Below, piece by piece: positions 61,801 through 64,000 of a stretch of DNA of 64,000 nucleotides. The position numbers and the translations under genes were made by a program. Source of the DNA: Candidatus Spongiisociaceae bacterium (GTDB lineage Bacteria > Actinomycetota > Acidimicrobiia > Spongiisociales > Spongiisociaceae); the NCBI GenBank assembly GCA_965262915.1, contig OZ253564.1, positions 576,001 through 640,000 on the forward strand, in the 5' to 3' direction. The first letter of the stretch is position 1. Every line of letters starts with the position of its first letter. The notes under the pieces are model-generated. The model was not told the DNA's origin. It worked only from the letters and a program-made list of their open reading frames with translations, and searched no databases.

Positions 61801-62679
61801 CGTAACACCCAGATCCGCCAGACGCTCCACATAAGGCGCCCACCACTGCGACTCGTCCACATCCGCGAACCGCGACGACCCCACCGACGCCGGGTCGGCC
61901 CCGTCGAGGATACGCACCAGCCACACCGCCATCACCCAACGCTGCACCGGAACCGTCGGACAGAACTCCCCCGGCCCGCATTCGGTCCCCTCAAACACCC
62001 CATCAGCCGCAAGGGTGCTGATCGCCGCCTCATGGGTAGAGCCCTCCACATCCCAAAAGTCCCCCGAAGTACCCACGTCGGTAGCCGGCGGCGCCGTAGT
62101 AGGAGCAGTAGCCGGAGAGGTAGTGGCTGATCCTCCTCCTACCTCTTCGATCAGCCACCCCCCACCAGACTGCCTAGAAGCCACAAACGTGTACTCCACC
62201 CCATTCACCGACGCAGCCCGAAGCTCGATACGCTGCCCCGACGTGAAAAACAACAGACGTCCAGAACCCGAATCGTCCACCCGGAACTCCACGTCGGTAC
62301 CCGGATACCTACACGACCCACCCGGCTCCACCACCAACCCCACATAACAATCACCACCCCCCTGCGCCAACACCCCAACCGCCAACACCCCAACCGCCAA
62401 CACCCCAGAAGCCACCACCCCAAGCACCCCGACAACGCCAAACGGGAACGCCCCCGACATGGAAAAGAACTGTGACCGTCGCACCGACCGGCCCTTCCGT
62501 CGAGAACCCCCACCAACCCGACGGGAACCAAGCCCTACCATGCCCACAACCTTCCGAACTTCCATAACCACAGAAACCCGCTTTCTTCTCACACCCACAC
62601 ACCCGGAAGTGAGAACGGCGACGAAGCGGCGCGCAATCCAACCGTCCCTCACCGTTGCACCCGGCCCCCGGTCACTCAT
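58825..62679 (-). CDS. Secreted protein: SLH-like repeats, 14 RCC1-like repeats and M6-like zinc metalloprotease domain
   Basis: Same Cys-containing SLH-like module as the FN3 protein; HSCG.R.DG.V.CWG repeats; VIFVDFPD, AHELAHNLGLLDLY, AWSRWQLGWL, GVLVYTVD. The true start may be downstream (about 62460-62560). Confidence 0.88.
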   Translation of the reverse strand: MSDRGPGATVRDGWIARRFVAVLTSGCVGVRRKRVSVVMEVRKVVGMVGLGSRRVGGGSRRKGRSVRRSQFFSMSGAFPFGVVGVLGVVASGVLAVGVLAVGVLAQGGGDCYVGLVVEPGGSCRYPGTDVEFRVDDSGSGRLLFFTSGQRIELRAASVNGVEYTFVASRQSGGGWLIEEVGGGSATTSPATAPTTAPPATDVGTSGDFWDVEGSTHEAAISTLAADGVFEGTECGPGEFCPTVPVQRWVMAVWLVRILDGADPASVGSSRFADVDESQWWAPYVERLADLGVTAGCATKPARFCPTETVNRARMASFLVRAFGLSSAPSAGFADVEGGVHAANIDALAASGVTAGCRTEPLRYCPGRDTTRAQMATFLTRALTLDLEPSGERFVEVAAGGFHSCGLLADGTVVCWGENTQGQAEPPQGEFTVISSGWDHSCGIRTDGTVACWGSPFSRTGVPEGTFVSVSAGRYYTCGIRTDGTVVCWGANENGQADPPEGKFTDVATSVVHTCGIRTDGTVVCWGANENGQADPPEGKFTDVATGNAHSCGLRTDAGVECWGLFDPPEGRFSTVSGTSRHMCGLRTDGTVVCWGANENGQADPPDGRFTAVSAGNLHSCGVRAGGSVVCWGFDWSGEPEPPDGVFVTSSVGNLHSCGVRVDGTVACWGANGSGQATPPDGTFTAVAAGGSHSCGVRVDGTVACWGYNGLGQATPPDGRFASVSAGSGHSCGVRLDGTVACWGYNGSGQATPPDGTFTAVAAGGSHSCGVRVDGTVACWGSKGLGQATPPDGRFTAVSAGGSHSCGLRLDGTVACWGANGSGEATPPDGMFIAVAAGDRYSCGLRTGGAVICWGNLVGQAQPPTGRFEAVSVKKSGYSDGYSCGLRPDGAVVCWGRAPVVSVPANVRYAVWADGPDPGMCQPVGTSGATAGFPLPGWAPTSTGLLRVAVIFVDFPDKEAAHTSHDEATLGLPYAEEYLEAASYGKLDVEFNPLHRWLRPEHNYDHYVGGGTTEPETYVVDEAARLADPDLDFAGHDIMMVVMPGSHFWSAIAGLHKVRTDEGTIQSITLINSQPRPEPGKPTSWGHTAAHELAHNLGLLDLYPTSDHKLPNPPEGQKWVTTGFGLMGLQARFLTRDSAPYSTYTGGSEMLAWSRWQLGWLEPAQIRCVTGTEATVTLSPVANPGTGTAMAAIPISRHKAIVMESRHKLGYDTALATEGVLVYTVDAALATRRLPLKMAGDTGNAQVNDYPILTQGQSVTIGGYTITVQSVTPSGDTITITKDKA

Positions 62680-62936
62680 TCGTCACCGGCCTCCGGCAGG
62701 TACTTCTTGCGTGTCAGCCACAGAATCGCCGAACCAAGCGTCAGAGGCCCGAAGATGACTACGCCCACCCAGAGGGCAAGTGCGATCCCTAAAGCCTGGC
62801 CGAACGAGCACGCGGGATGATCGGAGGGTGCGCAATCCGGTGTCGCCAGCCCCAACCACAAGGTAGGGCCAACCGCGAGAGCCGCGAAGACCAGCGTCGT
62901 AATGGACCACACGAAGCGGGCCGGGTTCCGCCTCAT
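62676..62936 (-). CDS. Small two-TM protein with a Cys-pair loop
   Basis: TM-DCAPSDHPAC-TM-RKK; the stop overlaps the next ATG (ATGA). Confidence 0.65.
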   Translation of the reverse strand: MRRNPARFVWSITTLVFAALAVGPTLWLGLATPDCAPSDHPACSFGQALGIALALWVGVVIFGPLTLGSAILWLTRKKYLPEAGDE

Positions 62937-62965
62937 CCCATCCGGTACCGTCCCCGGTGCGTTTC

Positions 62966-63200
62966 TCACCGTCTCGTGCGCCACACCACAGCCGCCGTCG
63001 TAGTCAACGAACCAGCCACCACCGCCAGGGCCCAAACCCACAACCTCACGAACGCGACCGCCATCTCGCACTCACCATCACCGGGAAAGCACTCCCCCGA
63101 CGTTCCGGAAGTGACCACCAGACCAGCCACGACCGCAAACCCAGTCACCACAGCCAACAACAACCGTCACCACCGCCCTAACCCGGCTCCGCTCAGCCAC
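62966..63200 (-). pseudogene. Second two-TM protein with a Cys-pair loop, probably frameshifted near its start
   Basis: TM-ECFPGDGEC-TM-RTRR; the N-terminus MAERSRVRAVVTVVV is in another frame across a GTT run. Confidence 0.45.
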
Positions 63201-63443
63201 CGTCAAGCTCCGGGTTCCGCCCGAGCCAGCCAGCCACAAGCCGCACACAGGCACCCTCATCGAGGATCGCCACCTCGACCGGCCCCATGGTCTCAACACG
63301 CCGTGATCCGGCCCCGCACGTGCATGTCACCGGGTAGGAGCAACCCACAACATGTGCACTCCCGCGTCGGTGGCGATGATCCTCACCCACGTTCCCCGCC
63401 GCTAGGCCATCGGCCGGCATACCCGCCGGTGGAACACTTGTTG

Positions 63444-64000
63444 TTAGGTCCAGCATTCGATGCTTGGCAGGTGTTGGGGTAGTGCGGGTAGTCGTATCGT
63501 TATCCCTTCGATGTCTGTTCCCTCAACGGTGAGGATGACTGCTTCTTGGTAGCTGGTCGTGATGCCTTCACCGTTGTAATACCCTGCGCAGGCACCTTCC
63601 GGGGCGGCGTACACGTCTAGACGGTATAAGCCGTCGGGTACGCGTATGACGAACGTGCCGTCCGATCCGGTTTGAACCCAGCGGCTGTTGTCAGTGTTGT
63701 CGCTCTGCCAAGCCCACAGGCCCACGCCGGCTACCGGTCGACCGTCGGGGTCGACGATTACTCCCCGAATTGCTGGGGGGAAGACGACCAGTGGTGGGAG
63801 CGGCGGTGGGAGCTGTGTGATGAACGGGGAGCTGCGGAGGATGGCTTTTTCGTCGTCACGCAGATACGTGTCCGGATAGGCCTCATAGCCGTAAGACATC
63901 ATCGACAGGGAGTCACATGTTGGCAGGCCCTCGTCGCATCCCGGCGGGTGATAATCCACAGCCAGCGCATGGGTGAGTTCATGCGCCAGCCCACCCATCC
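63444..64000 (-). CDS. 3' part of a zinc metallopeptidase with a carboxypeptidase-regulatory-like beta domain (partial)
   Basis: LAHELTHAL...H, SMMSYG Met-turn, IRGVIVDPDGRPV...T.SDGTF.I.VPDG.Y.L. Confidence 0.75.
   Translation of the reverse strand, partial: MGGLAHELTHALAVDYHPPGCDEGLPTCDSLSMMSYGYEAYPDTYLRDDEKAILRSSPFITQLPPPLPPLVVFPPAIRGVIVDPDGRPVAGVGLWAWQSDNTDNSRWVQTGSDGTFVIRVPDGLYRLDVYAAPEGACAGYYNGEGITTSYQEAVILTVEGTDIEGITIRLPALPQHLPSIECWT

Overview
High-GC bacterial DNA, most likely an actinobacterium. An Acidimicrobiia-like, possibly sponge-associated organism is inferred from the crgA-trpG-pknB-pbpA-rodA-pstP-fhaB-fhaA block and the giant RCC1, FN3 and SLH-like repeat proteins. The left half is mostly core genes: a peptide ABC transporter with a D-aminoacylase, tRNA-Ala, a thiolase, the Ser/Thr-kinase cell-division cluster, small catabolic enzymes, glmS preceded by a glmS ribozyme, and acpS. 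It is peppered with toxin-antitoxin modules and IS elements. The right half is an accessory region of IS debris and secreted repeat proteins. The best candidate for an undescribed system is a translationally coupled operon at 46.3-57.6 kb. It encodes a MauE-like protein, a MauD-like thioredoxin, a MauF/CcdA-like membrane protein with an in-frame UGA followed by a SECIS-like hairpin (putative selenoprotein), a 2837-aa SLH-like/26xFN3 surface protein, a Tat-exported 14-Cys miniprotein and an unknown ORF. An AT-rich 39-bp triple repeat lies upstream. Also notable: a RodA-PbpA pair in which both enzymes lack their catalytic motifs, a DUF3800 gene split by an IS that supplies a replacement N-terminus, a 4.2-kb segment bounded by perfect 275-bp inverted repeats, and a DnaA-box cluster with no dnaA in view. 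All family assignments come from motif recognition by eye; no searches were run.
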